DNA from: Antechinus flavipes | Lineage: Eukaryota | Direction: 5' to 3' | DNA: 64,000 bases | Assembly (NCBI RefSeq): GCF_016432865.1 | Contig: NC_067401.1 | Coordinates: 186,248,001 to 186,312,000 of the forward strand | In this document: one piece after another, positions 1-38,525 of the stretch | Layout of the letters: the number at the start of each line of letters is the position of its first letter | Position numbering within the stretch: the stretch's first letter is position 1 | The notes under the pieces: generated by a model | What the model saw: only the letters and a program-made list of their open reading frames with translations | What the model was told of the DNA's origin: nothing | Databases searched by the model: none | Position numbers and translations under genes: made by a program

Positions 1-362
1 GGGAGATCCTCAGGGTGAGAGACAAGCCTTCCCTTTCCTTTCTCCCCCATAACCTGTCTACTATCCCATCTATACTTCCCTTGTCCTGAGTACATCTGTG
101 AGCAATGTTCTAGAATAAGCACTAAGGGAAAAGCTCCTAACTCTGGTGAGAGAGAGACAGTCCCTCTATCCTAAGGATCATCCCATTCTTTTCCAGTTCT
201 AGTTCTACTAGTTCTACTGTGCTTTTAACCTATCAACTACAAGTATCATAATAGAGTGTTTTCTCTCCCAGCTGCCACCTCCTTCCCAATTTCCAACAAG
301 TTTAGTTTAATTTTCATTCTCTAAGGAAAGAATATCTAAACTTTCCATTTGATTCTGCCTAA

Positions 363-18391
<18,029 letters not shown>

Positions 18392-19262
18392 TGGACACCC
18401 AGGCTGAGCAGAGATAGGTGGGGTATATCTCCATACTGGACATGTAACCCATCTCTACTTCCTGCTGCCACCACCATGACCAACAAAAAGCCAGGCTTCC
18501 CAGGCCTCTCCCTCTCTACCCTTCCTGGGCTTTTGCTTTTTTTTTTTTTTTTTTAGTTTGATTCACTGGAGCCTGCTGGGAACGTGACCTATGACCCCTG
18601 AAGCTTTTTGTGATCACGTGACCTTCCCTTTCCTCTTTCCTCTCTCAAAATGTTCTCTCTTAAAAAAAACTGTGCCTGTTACTCCCAACTCCTGGATAGA
18701 GGTACAGCTTTCTCCCACCAGAAATTATTTGGGAATCAGCCCCTTCCTTCCTCTTCCTCCCTCTTCCTCCCCCACCAAAGAGGAAAGTGCTTGGGGATGC
18801 CTCCCTTCATTCTACTGCTGCTATCTAGGGCAGAGTCCCAGGGCCCTTTTTTGCACGCCAGGGGGACCAACTCCTCCAATGAATGTACCAGACCCTGGGG
18901 GGGGTGGCATAGAGACGGGGTCACCAGTCACTCCAGGGGAAGGGGGGGATGGTCCATGGGGACCATTTCCTCATTACTTTCTGAAAGCACTTTAATCATC
19001 TCCCCCCTCCCCATCTCCAGGGAATGGGGAGGGGGGCTGCCAGCCAAAATAATCCTTCCCCTTTCTAATCTTATCTCCCCTTTCCTCTTCTCCAATCCTC
19101 TTCCTGGATGGGGGGTGGGGGGATGGGACTGGCTACTGCTCTCATCTATCCCCCCAGCCCCACCTTGCTTGCATTTGTATATAGTGTGAGCAGCAAGTAG
19201 CTCCCTTCATCCTATTCCCTGCCCTCAATCTCAATGTAGTGGCCTTGGAAACCTCATTTGTT

Positions 19263-19268
19263 AATAAA
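19263..19268 (+). terminator. MINK1: MINK1 polyadenylation signal AATAAA
   Basis: AATAAA ~870 nt after the stop in the context TTTGTTAATAAAGACAGAATTCAACCAGC; second AATAAA at 19314-19319. Confidence 0.8.
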
Positions 19269-19960
19269 GACAGAATTCAACCAGCTTCTCCTATCCCATT
19301 GCTTTTTTACTCAAATAAACTAACACTAGAATTACAATTATAAAGAATATGTTCAATAATAATTGTCAGTGATGAAGAAGCAATGGTCAGAATAAACTCC
19401 AAAATAGATTCCAGACTGAAACAAGTGAAAAGAAGCCAAGAATATTTATATGAGATTGGTATATAAGAGAGTTGAGAAAAGAAAACAACAGAAGAAAGTG
19501 TCATCAAAGGGAGATAAGAGGAAGTACCCATAATTCTCTAATTTCTTTTAGGAGGCTCTGACTATTCCGCTTTCCCTACCTCTAACCTCTAACAGGCCAA
19601 ATTGGGCCTATTGGCCAGGTAGAAAAAGGGCCAGACTTCCCGCCTATGTTTATCTATTTGCTATCTATTGTTTAGGAAAAACAGACCTGAATTGTGGAGG
19701 TAGAACACCACAAGGCAAAACACCATAAGGGAAGTTAGAAGAAACAAACTTTATTGTGGAGGAATATTGTATTGGGGACAGCCAAGGAAAGAGGAACAGC
19801 TTAGGTCCACTGGTGTATCCTTTGTTTGGAAGGAGGGCCAAAATCAGTAATATACACAAAGTGGGTTTTTAAAGGGCTTCATGAGTCAAGCAAGATGGGA
19901 TATTGTTTGTGGGGGGAGGGTAAACTGGGAATCTAGACTTGTTCAGGTCAAAGTTAGATA

Positions 19961-20171
19961 GTCTAGTGGATAGTGTGAAATGTGGAATCAGGAAGACCTT
20001 AATTCAAATCCTGTCTCACATACACTATCTGTGTGACTCTGGGACAAATGCTTTCATTTCCTTATCTTAAAATGGAGATTTTAGTAGTTATTTTATATAA
20101 TTGTGAGGATCAAATGAGCTAACATGCAAAATGCTTTGCAAACATTAAAGCACAACGTAAGTGCTAGCTAT
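19961..20171 (+). mobile_element. MIR between the MINK1 and CHRNE 3' ends
   Basis: tagtggatag..gaatcaggaagacct..ttcaaatcctg..ctgtgtgac..gggacaa...ttgtgaggatcaaatgag...aagtgctagctatt. Confidence 0.75.
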
Positions 20172-20539
20172 TGTGTTGGGGAGGAGGAGAGGAAAGAGGG
20201 AATTATCTGGGAAACTGGGGTAGACTAGTTAATATTCAAATTCCCATTCAGTATTGAAAAAAATACTTTAATACAGTCTAAAAGGCTTTACTTTAGTCAT
20301 GATTCAGTGGATTTTGTGGGAGAAATCTAGAGGCTAGGGAAAGCCAGGTTTCTTTTACAGAGCAGGAGGCTGCTGAGGTCCTTGTACCACAGAAGAGGAG
20401 AGAGGCCTCAGTGTGAATCATATCAATGAACAAAAATAACTGAATAAAGGAGACGAGTCCAAGAAAGATTTTTAGGGAGAGGGAAGTGAAATGTGGGAGG
20501 TCCTTTTCACTTGGGCCTTAGTGACTGGTCACTGAAGAT

Positions 20540-20545
20540 TTTATT
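20540..20545 (-). terminator. CHRNE: Candidate CHRNE polyadenylation signal
   Basis: tttatt on + (AATAAA on -), ~110 nt past the stop codon. Confidence 0.55.
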
Positions 20546-20654
20546 TCATGATTGCACTGGCCAATAAGGCTCAAGATGGAGGGACCAATAAGGGTCAACA
20601 CCCCTCGAAGAAGCTCAGTTTTAGGATTATGGGTGGTCTGGTTACAAAGGAAGT

Positions 20655-29693
<9,039 letters not shown>

Positions 29694-29782
29694 CTGCTCT
29701 CCGGCTCCTCCAGGTTATTCTGAGCATTGATCAGGGCTAAAAGGAAGGACCATCTTAGCCAGCTTGGGGGGAGGGGTGTTAG

Positions 29783-29788
29783 TTCCGG
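29783..29788 (-). promoter_or_regulatory. CHRNE: CHRNE N-box (CCGGAA, GABP/Ets site for synapse-specific transcription)
   Basis: Minus strand reads CCCTAGCCGGAACTAACACCCCTCC at -95 to -90 from the ATG, the flank and spacing of the known epsilon N-box. E-box CACCTG at 29863-29868. Confidence 0.85.
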
Positions 29789-30411
29789 CTAGGGCAAGGG
29801 GACTATTAACATTATCCTACTCTCTGCCCTCTCTGCCGGTGCCCCCCCCCCAATATCCCTACCACCTGCTCTGAACAGAAATATCTTGGCTGCTTCCAGA
29901 GACAACTGTTCTACTACCCTTCTTCCTCCCCTAAATATCCCAGAATCCTTTAGTCTCATCTTTAATCACACTATTTGTAACCTACTAAATAGAGTAGGAA
30001 TTCTACCTTCTCCCCATCATAAAAAAAGATAACCTCAGTTCTAAATTCTGGTTTTGCTTGCTACTGGCAAAACTTGAATAATTCAAACAAATGCTTGTTT
30101 TTATTTGTTTGTTTTTAATGAAATTTTTTTGTTTTCTTTTAACATCCATTTTTCAAAATGTAGAGGTCCAAATTTTTTCTTGTTCCCTATGTATTGAGAA
30201 GGCAAGTAATATGATACCAATTATATGTGTGAAGACATGCAAAACATTTCCATTTTAGCCATGTTGCAAAAAAAAAAAAAAAAGGCAAATATAAAATGAA
30301 AAAAAAAGCATCCTTAAGTCTGTACTCAAATTTCATCAATTTTCCCCTCTTCCTTGTGTTCCATATTTTTCTCCCTGCCTCCCTAGTTCCACTCTCTCCT
30401 ATACAGCAAAG

Positions 30412-30682
30412 TTAAACATGTGCAATTCTTCTATACGTATTTCCACAAATATCATGCTGCACAAGAAAAATTAGATCAAAAAAGAAAAATACGAGAAAAA
30501 AATAACAACAACAAAAGGGAATGTGATACTTTAACATATATAACATGTATTGGTTTACCTGCCATCTGGGGAAGGGGGATAGGAGAAGGGAGGGGGAATT
30601 AGAACAAAAGGTTTTGCAGTTGATAATGCTGAAAAATTATCCATGCATATGTTTTGTAAATAAAAGTTATAATAAAAAAAAA
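30412..30682. mobile_element. L1 3' end with an inverted 5' segment
   Basis: Antisense L1 3'UTR piece (~30412-30528) joined to a sense 3' tip with poly-A (~30530-30682). Confidence 0.7.
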
Positions 30683-31129
30683 ATTACCCCACTGAGGCAG
30701 ACCTTTTTCAGGAAATTCCAAATTCCAGAAGCCTTCAAAAAGTGATGTCCATTCAATTGGAAATCTAGGCCTGGGGACTTTGCTTTCTTTTTAACGTGAA
30801 ATATGAACCTCAGATTTTCTAGAAAGGATATTTCTGAACTCACTTCTTTGCAGAATGTCCAAAGTAGCATATTTTGCCTCTTTGACATAGCTGCCAGGAC
30901 CCTGCCTGCTGTGAAGACATTCTCTTCTCAGCGGAAAAACCTTTTGTTATTTCTCTGCCAGGACTTTGCCACTGAAGAATTCAGTCTCTCTAGCAAAGCT
31001 GGTTTCTCATACAAAATAAACTTCCCTTTTTGCCCCTAAAACTCATTGGGTTCATGAATTCTTTCACAAAGGACCTGCACTGACCAAAAGGGGATTTCCA
31101 CAACTCTCTGACTGCCACTAGAACGCCAT

Positions 31130-32640
31130 CACATTCATATACCATAATTATTCAGGCATTCCCCAACTGATGGGCATCCACTCAGTTTCCAGTTCCTTGC
31201 CACTACTACAAGGGCTGCTACAAATATTTTTGCAATTTTATATGATCTCTCTATAGAGATACTGATAAATCAAAGAGTATGTATGCACAGTTTGGTAGTT
31301 CTTTGGATATAGTTCCAACTTACTCTCCAGAATGGTTGGATCAGTTCACAACTCCATCAACAATATGTTCATGTTCCAATTTTCCCACATCCCCTCCAAC
31401 ATTAGTCATTATCTTTTCCTGTCATTTTAGCCAATCTGAGAAGGATGAAGTGGTACCTCAGAGATGTCTTAATTTTCATTTCTCTAATCAAGAGTGATTT
31501 AGAGCATTTTTTCATGTGAGTAGAAATGATTTTAATTTCTTCACCTGAAAATTGTCTTCCTATCCTTTGACCATTTATAACCGGAGAATGGCTTGTAGTC
31601 TTATAAATATGAGTCAAAGCTCTATTATTTTAAAAATAAGACCTTTATCAGAACCCTTGGATGTAAAAATTTAATTGATAATAAATAAATAATAAATAAA
31701 GTCTTTATCCCAAAGTTTAGGACTCACATGTGCAAAAATGTTTGTGGCAGCCCTTTTTGTACAGGCAAGGAACTAGAAACTGAGTGGATACCCGTCAGTT
31801 GGAGAATGGCTGAATAAGTTGTGGTCTATGAATATAATGGAATATTATTGTTTTATAAGAAACGACCACCAGGATGATTTCAGAGATACCTGGAGAGATT
31901 TACATGAACTGATGCTAAGTGAAATGAGCAGAACAAGAAAATCATTGAACACAGCAACAACAAGATTACATGATGATCAATTCTAATGGATGTGACTCTT
32001 TTCAACAGGAGGTGGATTCAGGCTAGATTCTAGTGCCATCTGTACCCAGAGAGAGGACTGTGGGAACTGAGTGTGGATCACAACATAGCATTTTCACTTT
32101 TTTTTGGTTCTTATTTGTTTGAATTTTGTTTTCTTTCTAATTTTTTTTCCTTTTTGATCTGATTTTTCTTGTGCAGCATGATAATTGTGGAAACATATAG
32201 AAGAATTGCACATGTTTTACATATATTGGATTACTTGCTATGTTGGGAAGGAGAGGAGGGAGAAAAAAATTTGGGACACGAGATTTTGCAAGGGTGAATG
32301 TTGACAATTATCTATGTAAAAAGCTTTAATGAAAAAATAAAAATAAAAGAAATGAGGCCTTTATCAGAACCCTTGGATGTAATTTCCCCCCAGTTTTCTG
32401 TTTCTTTTCTAATCTTGGCTGCATTGGCTTTGTTTGTACAAAAACTTTTTAATTTAATATAATCAAAATTAGCTATTTTGCATTTCAAAATGTTCTCTAG
32501 TTCCTCTTTATCCATAAATTCAGTCATTCTTCACAGATCTGAGGGGTAACCTATCCCTTGTTCTCCTAATTTGCTTATAATATCACCCTTTATGTTTAAA
32601 TCATGAACCCTTTCCATCTTATTTTGGGATAGAGTGTTAT
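31130..32640 (-). mobile_element. L1 ORF2 fragment interrupted by a second, oppositely oriented L1 (~31690-32345, +)
   Basis: Host L1 continues on both sides. The inner copy has an ORF2 tail, 3'UTR and A-tail and is flanked by a duplicated ~35 bp. Confidence 0.85.
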
Positions 32641-34428
32641 AGCCTCAGAAATTTACCAGTTGCATGACCCTGGACACAGTTTGCCTCAGGAATGAGGAAT
32701 AATCTGTAAAATGATCTGGAGAAGGAAATGAAAAATCACTCTAATATCTTTGCCAAGAAAACCCCAAATGGGGTTAAGAAAAATCAGATACTTTTTAGCC
32801 TGGAAAGCCTAAACAACAAGAACAAAAATCTCTGAATCATTCCAGACCCATGAAAATATTCAGAGTATCAACAAACTAAGTGATGAGGTTTGTGTCCCCT
32901 CAATTCCTGGTGGTGATGAGGTTAATGGCAATAAGACAGTTGTTTAAAAATCCCCTTTTAATTGGCCACAGGTTTAAATTGAAAGAGTTCACTTATTCCC
33001 GAATTATTCATTACAAAATGAAAGTTTATTGTTGGATAAAAATCAGTTTGCTAAGAGACTGACTTCTATAATGGCAAAGTCCTATTGGGGAAATGGAATT
33101 TTACACTAAGCATCAGTGGGCAGGATCCTAGCAAATTGCTCGTCCCTCTTTAAGGAACTGAGTTGAAGGATATCTTGGTGGGGGGCTGGGACAGCCTGAG
33201 CTGATCAGACCAGGATTTCGCAATTGAATGAGAATTTATAATTTCAAAAAGATCAATGGGAGTTGATTTGCCCTTGAATAGGCAACATGCCATGAAGATG
33301 GGCCTTCTCTAGATTCCTTGGATGCTGGGAAATCCTGATCTCTGAGATCAGAAAGGGAACACAATAAAGGGAATCTTAAAGGGAACACAGCTTCAGTAAA
33401 GGGAACAGTTTCCCTCTCTTTTCATAAGGACCTCTTATGGAAGAATGAGTAGTGAAAAGGAAAAGAAACTAGGATAGTAGTAATTTGAACAGGTTGCAGG
33501 GTCAAAGTGTCAAGGTTCAAGGGGGAACCCAAAAATGTTGGGGTTCCAGTATCCTGGTCCTACAGAATAAACTGAGATAAGATAGCCTAAGGGAAGAAAT
33601 CATTTCTAACTTCCGCTTCCCAAACCAGGCACCTTTAGGGTCATTGCTACATCCTTCCTAAGGGCCACACCATATCAAAGGGAAGGTCTTTTTTGTCTGT
33701 TTTTTAAAAGATGAAGATCTGAGCAAACTCTTTAATAAGATAGGGAAGGAGCTTCTAAAGATTTAAAAAACAGAATGAGAGGAGAGATTGATAGATGCAG
33801 TAAAATCCTTACAGAGATAGAAGATTAAGGTCAAGGGCACAAGTTATGGTGAGATTGGTTTTGGCTACCTCATCCTTTGAGCCTGTAGACAAGGAAGAAA
33901 AGACCATTGAAAACAGAAAATTTCAAGTAATGGTGTAGGTAACTAACTCATAATTCAAGTAAAGTAGGAGACTGGATCTATCATCTGTTTAGATCCAAAA
34001 GTTTGGATGACATTAGGATTTTGAGAAGAGTAGAAAGTTTGGCACAACCATTATGGAGTATGTGATAATGAACTAGAGGTGAATAAAAAGATTTCTGTAT
34101 AGTAGGGGACCTAGTTCACATGTTTTGTTTTTGTTTTATTTCCTCTAGCAGCATTGAGCAGTTCAAGAATAGGAAAAAAAAGAAAAAGGGCAGTTGCGGG
34201 GGGAAGGGGGAGGGGAAAGGGGGGAAGGGAGAGTACATTGGGGTTAAGGACTGGCAAGGTGACATGAGTGGCAAAGAAAAACCAGCATAGAAGACTGCAA
34301 ATTTAAACTGTTTTGAATAGAGGGTCAATCTTATAAAGGGATGAAATGAGAATAGAACAAAAGTGCTACACTCTGGGAGAATTAGGAAATTGTAGGGCTG
34401 ATGCTCTAACCACTATTCGACCTAGCTG

Positions 34429-34923
34429 CCCCAGAAATTTAACTTTTAATATTGATACAAACAGCATTCTCAATGTATCCGCTATGGATGAGAGCACAGA
34501 TAAAGAGACTGACATAACTATCATCAGTGACAGAGATTGTCAGAGAAAAACAGGAAGCTAAGAAATGCAAGGCTGAAGCAAGCAGAAAAACAAGGTGTAT
34601 TCCAGGAATTCACTTGAATCTCAATGCTTTCAAGAAGAAGGCTATAGTGGAGAATGAGAAACTTTCAATGCAAAATTGGTAATTTTGTGAGGGTAAACAT
34701 ATAAGACAAAAAAATGGAATGACAACTAGTTTGGATTAGACTGCTGAAAAGAAAAAATTTGAACATCAGCGAAAAAGAATTAAATTTTGAGGCCTTTGCA
34801 ATCTCATTATCACTAAGCTATATCAGAGTATAAGGGACATGCCAGGTGGACTTCCAACTGTGGAGCTGCCCCATCCAGAAATGCCTTTTCTGGACTTGCC
34901 ATTGAAGAAGTCCACTAAATGCG

Positions 34924-34964
<41 letters not shown>

Positions 34965-35185
34965 GCAGAGCATCTACATGGCTGTTTTTGTTTTGTTTGT
35001 TACCAAAGCTGGTGAAACTGTAATTGAAACATAAATGTTGAGTTGTTGTGTAAATTCTAGGCAATAAGAAAGCTTGATTGTGTGCAGAGGGAGAAAATTG
35101 AATATGGTACTTTATCAATACAAAGTAATGGAAATGCAATTTTTGTACTGAAGAATAACATTTTATTATAAATTGTCCTTAAAAA
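34429..35185 (+). pseudogene. HSPA8: HSPA8/HSC70-like processed pseudogene, 3' fragment
   Basis: TFNIDTNSILNVSAMDESTDKETDITIISD resembles [30 protein letters not shown]; later TAEKKKFEHQ and IITKLYQS; ends AIEEVH-TAA (34916-34918), the EEVD* equivalent. Intronless, frameshifted, followed by UTR-like sequence whose end is approximate. Confidence 0.85.
34921..34960. repeat. (GC)6(AC)14 compound microsatellite
   Basis: Direct count; lies 2 nt after the pseudogene stop codon. Confidence 0.95.
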
Positions 35186-37477
35186 GTTTTTTCACCAGAT
35201 GTCAATGAAATCACAGATCTCTTCCCAAACAAAAGTTGTAAATCTAAGTTTTATGGGTTTGCCATTTGTTAATTTTTAATAAAGTACTTATTTTTACAAT
35301 AAATTTGTTATTTGTTAGTCTGAAGCCAATCCTATTCTAATAAAGCAAAACTCCATGGTAACACTCCATGGTAACAAGCATCTTGTAGCAGCTCTGCACA
35401 AATCATAATTCTACTCCTCTTTTCCTCTTGCACTCAAAATCCCCTCATCATGTCATATCTTGGAGTTAAAATTCTAAATTCTCTAAGACCATGTCACTGG
35501 ATCATGAGCTCTGGCAAGTTCTACCAGACTGCAAGTGAGGTCATATCAACAGTCTCAGGATAAACTTGGCTAAGTCTGGGGAGACAACAGCAATAGCAAC
35601 TCTTGAAGTGTTAACTAAAAACCCTAGCCCCCACTGTTTGGAGTCCAGATAGGTTACATCTCACTCCTCCCACAGGGTTCTTTGATATCTTTTAGGGTTG
35701 GCCAGAAATATCTCAAATAGAGACATAGAGGCTCTCTGCAAATGGTTCCAACAATCATAGATACTTTCCCACCAAATTTAGGAGGTAGTTCCCCTACATG
35801 CCAGTTCCATTTAACTACTTGGATTAACTTTTACTTTAAAAGGTATACAAATTTAGTTCCCCCAACACTTTCTTTGTCACCTTGTACCTCTGTTACCAGA
35901 GAGGGGAAGAGATTAGGTTTATAACTTAATTCTCTTTCTATAGAATACGGTTCCAATTCCAAGTTCACAGTCTTCTTCAGGCTGGAATCTAAGGCAGCCA
36001 GACTTGTCACAGCTTCCCTGCCAATCTGGCTGGCTTTCAGCAATCCTTGCTCCTTGGTTACCATGGCTCAAACACCCAGATTTGGTAGGATCTTTAGCAG
36101 TACCTGAAACTGAGAAGGAGTGATGAAACAGAATAGAAACTTACTTATTAGAGCCAGGGTTAACAGAGAAAGCAGGGGAAATAAGTCTTTCTCCTCTTAT
36201 TGATTCTGTTCATGGCAGCTGTGCAGTGGGTGAACTGATATCTTTACCCTCTGGATGAAGTAGGAAATAGCCTGAAAGAAAAAAAAAAAAAAAAAAAAAA
36301 AGGACAGAAAAGAGAGAGACTGTTTCAATTTGGCAGCATTTCTGGCTACAAAACCAACCAGAAGAGACCATTCCTGTCCCATGTGTAGGCACAGTACCTC
36401 TCTCGCACTTTAGGCAATCTAAAATGCTTGTTGAATTGAGTTGAATAAAATATTTGTGAGGGCTCATAAGTATTAATATTTTAGTTTTCCACATAAGGAA
36501 ATTGAAGCTAAGAGAGGTAAAGAACAGTCATAGTAAAAATTAGTAAGGGAGGTAGAGAATAGTCATAATAAAAAGTCTATCACAACAAAGTATACCCTGC
36601 TTTAATACAGAGCTGCCCACCTTCTGCAAGTCACTCTTTGGGCCTCCGTTTCTTGTGTGGAAAAGGAGATAGTTAATTAACAAACTCTAAGATTTCTTAG
36701 ATCCCTAAATCCTATGATCCCATGAACCACCTACCCATAAACAATCTGCAAAAGGCAGGTTGAAACATAAGAATGCTTATTGAATTTGATTCTCCCTATT
36801 GCCCCCATGTGGCTAGAGCCAGTATTAATAGAATATCAGCAGGCGGGAAAAATCTCTAGGATTGCCTAGGATTTCAAAATTTTTAGTTTACACTCTTAAA
36901 AATCATTGAGGACTCCTCCCTCCCAAAGAGCATTTATTTATATGAATTATATCTATAGATATTTGCCATGTTAAAAATTAAAACATAATTTTAAAAACAT
37001 TCATCAAAATAATAACCCCTTACATTTCAATACAAATAACAAACTTTTAAAATGAAAAATAACTATATTTTCCAAAAATAAATCATTTAATAAGAAAGAA
37101 TAGCATTAAAATCTTTTTAATGTCTGCTAAATAGAAGACAGCTGGATTTTCATAATTGCTTTTGCATTTTATCTGTTGGAATATTTTGTTTTTGTTGAAG
37201 TACATGAAGAAAAGATGGTCTTACATAAATATAGCTAGAAAAAGGGAGGAGTATTTTAATAGGCAAATAATGGCTTAGTTTTATTATAAAAATAATTTTG
37301 ATCTTGAGGTTATAGGATCTGGAGGATATATGCATTTTAAATACATCTTCAATTTTCAAGGGAGGAGCAGAGATCTAAAGCTGGAGCATACAATTGTGAT
37401 GAAATACCATCATGCCACAAGAAATGATGAGCAGGATGGTCCCAGAAAAATATATGCAAACTGATAAAAAGTGAAGT

Positions 37478-38304
37478 AGATGAGATCTAGATTTTGGGAT
37501 TCCCGGTCAGGGAACCAGATGATGAGACTAGATTCAGGGAAGCAAATTATGAGATTAGGGTTCCTGGTGGTCAGAAAGTTAGATGATGAGGCTAGTGGCA
37601 GGTTTGGGCTCAGGGAACCAAATGAAAAGGTATGGTTCCCCCCAAACCCTCTTAGGATTGGTGCAAAGTAGGGAATTTTGGGAACCCCCTTCTGGTGGTG
37701 CAGAGGTCCTCTAAATTTATGAACCCGAAAAGCTAGACTGATAAAAGGAAATTTGTTATAGGCTTTGGGAAGTCAGCCTTTGCTATGCTTGAATAGAAAG
37801 CTTGAATAGTGGCAAGGTCCCAACAGGGGAGTAAAGTAGTGGAGGAGTCCTGGCAGAGAAGTTTCTAGTAGAGATATCCTGACAGAGAGACATAAAGTCT
37901 TGTTAGGGAAATAGGTGAGGATCCACATTCTTTCCTTTCTTCACCTATTAAGTGAGAGAGTAATGCTGAAAGAGAATATCATTCCATCGGGCAGAATTTT
38001 GCTGCTTTGCCAGGGATGGCTTATTATCTCCTCTGTGAGGAGTAAATTTAAAATTGGCTCTTTTATAATAAAAGCCTTTGGCTACAAACTGAGGGCAGTT
38101 CTGATGGGGCTGGGTACAGGTTGAACTGGAATTTGAACAGAATTGAATGAGTTTTTCTTTAATTCAATAGGAAGTTTAATCAGTAGTGAGTGTTATCAAT
38201 AGGGGTGGTGCCCGTTTCTCAGGATCTTTTATGGAGACCAGGATTCAGGGAGAATCTGTCCTTCAAGGAGTTTTAGAGAATTTTGGGATCCCTTTGTCAG
38301 GGAA
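37478..38304. mobile_element. Probable LTR-type element inserted into an old L1 fragment
   Basis: L1 sequence stops at ~37477 and resumes at ~38301. The insert has short terminal direct repeats (ttttgggatYcc..tcagggaac), repeated gggaacc/ggttcc motifs and an AATAAA. Confidence 0.45.
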
Positions 38305-38377
38305 CAGAATACTATACAAAGAAATAGCTCTATGATAATGATGGTTAACTCTCAAACATCTTTTTTTTATTTTGGTC

Positions 38378-38525
38378 TTTTTTTTTCCTCCTGAGGCACT
38401 TGGGGTAAGTGACTTGCCCAGGGTAACACAACTAGGAAGTGTTAAGTGTCTTGAGGCCATATTTGAACTCAGGTCTTCCTGACTTTGGGGCCGGTGCTCT
38501 ATTAATTGCACCACCTCGCTGCCCC
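38378..38525 (-). mobile_element. WSINE1/MAR1-type SINE, near full length
   Basis: T-tail, tgaggcacttggggtaagtgacttgcccagggt...tgcaccacctcgctgcccc. Confidence 0.88.

Noticed and set aside
18650-19189. 179-aa and 134-aa ORFs in the MINK1 3'UTR
   Set aside because: Low-complexity, no recognisable domain, TTG or weak starts; consistent with chance ORFs in a pyrimidine-rich UTR.
35300-36180. Minus-strand 77-aa ORF (35831-36064) and neighbouring coding-like frames
   Set aside because: I could not match it to any family. Needs TBLASTX; not supportable as a feature.
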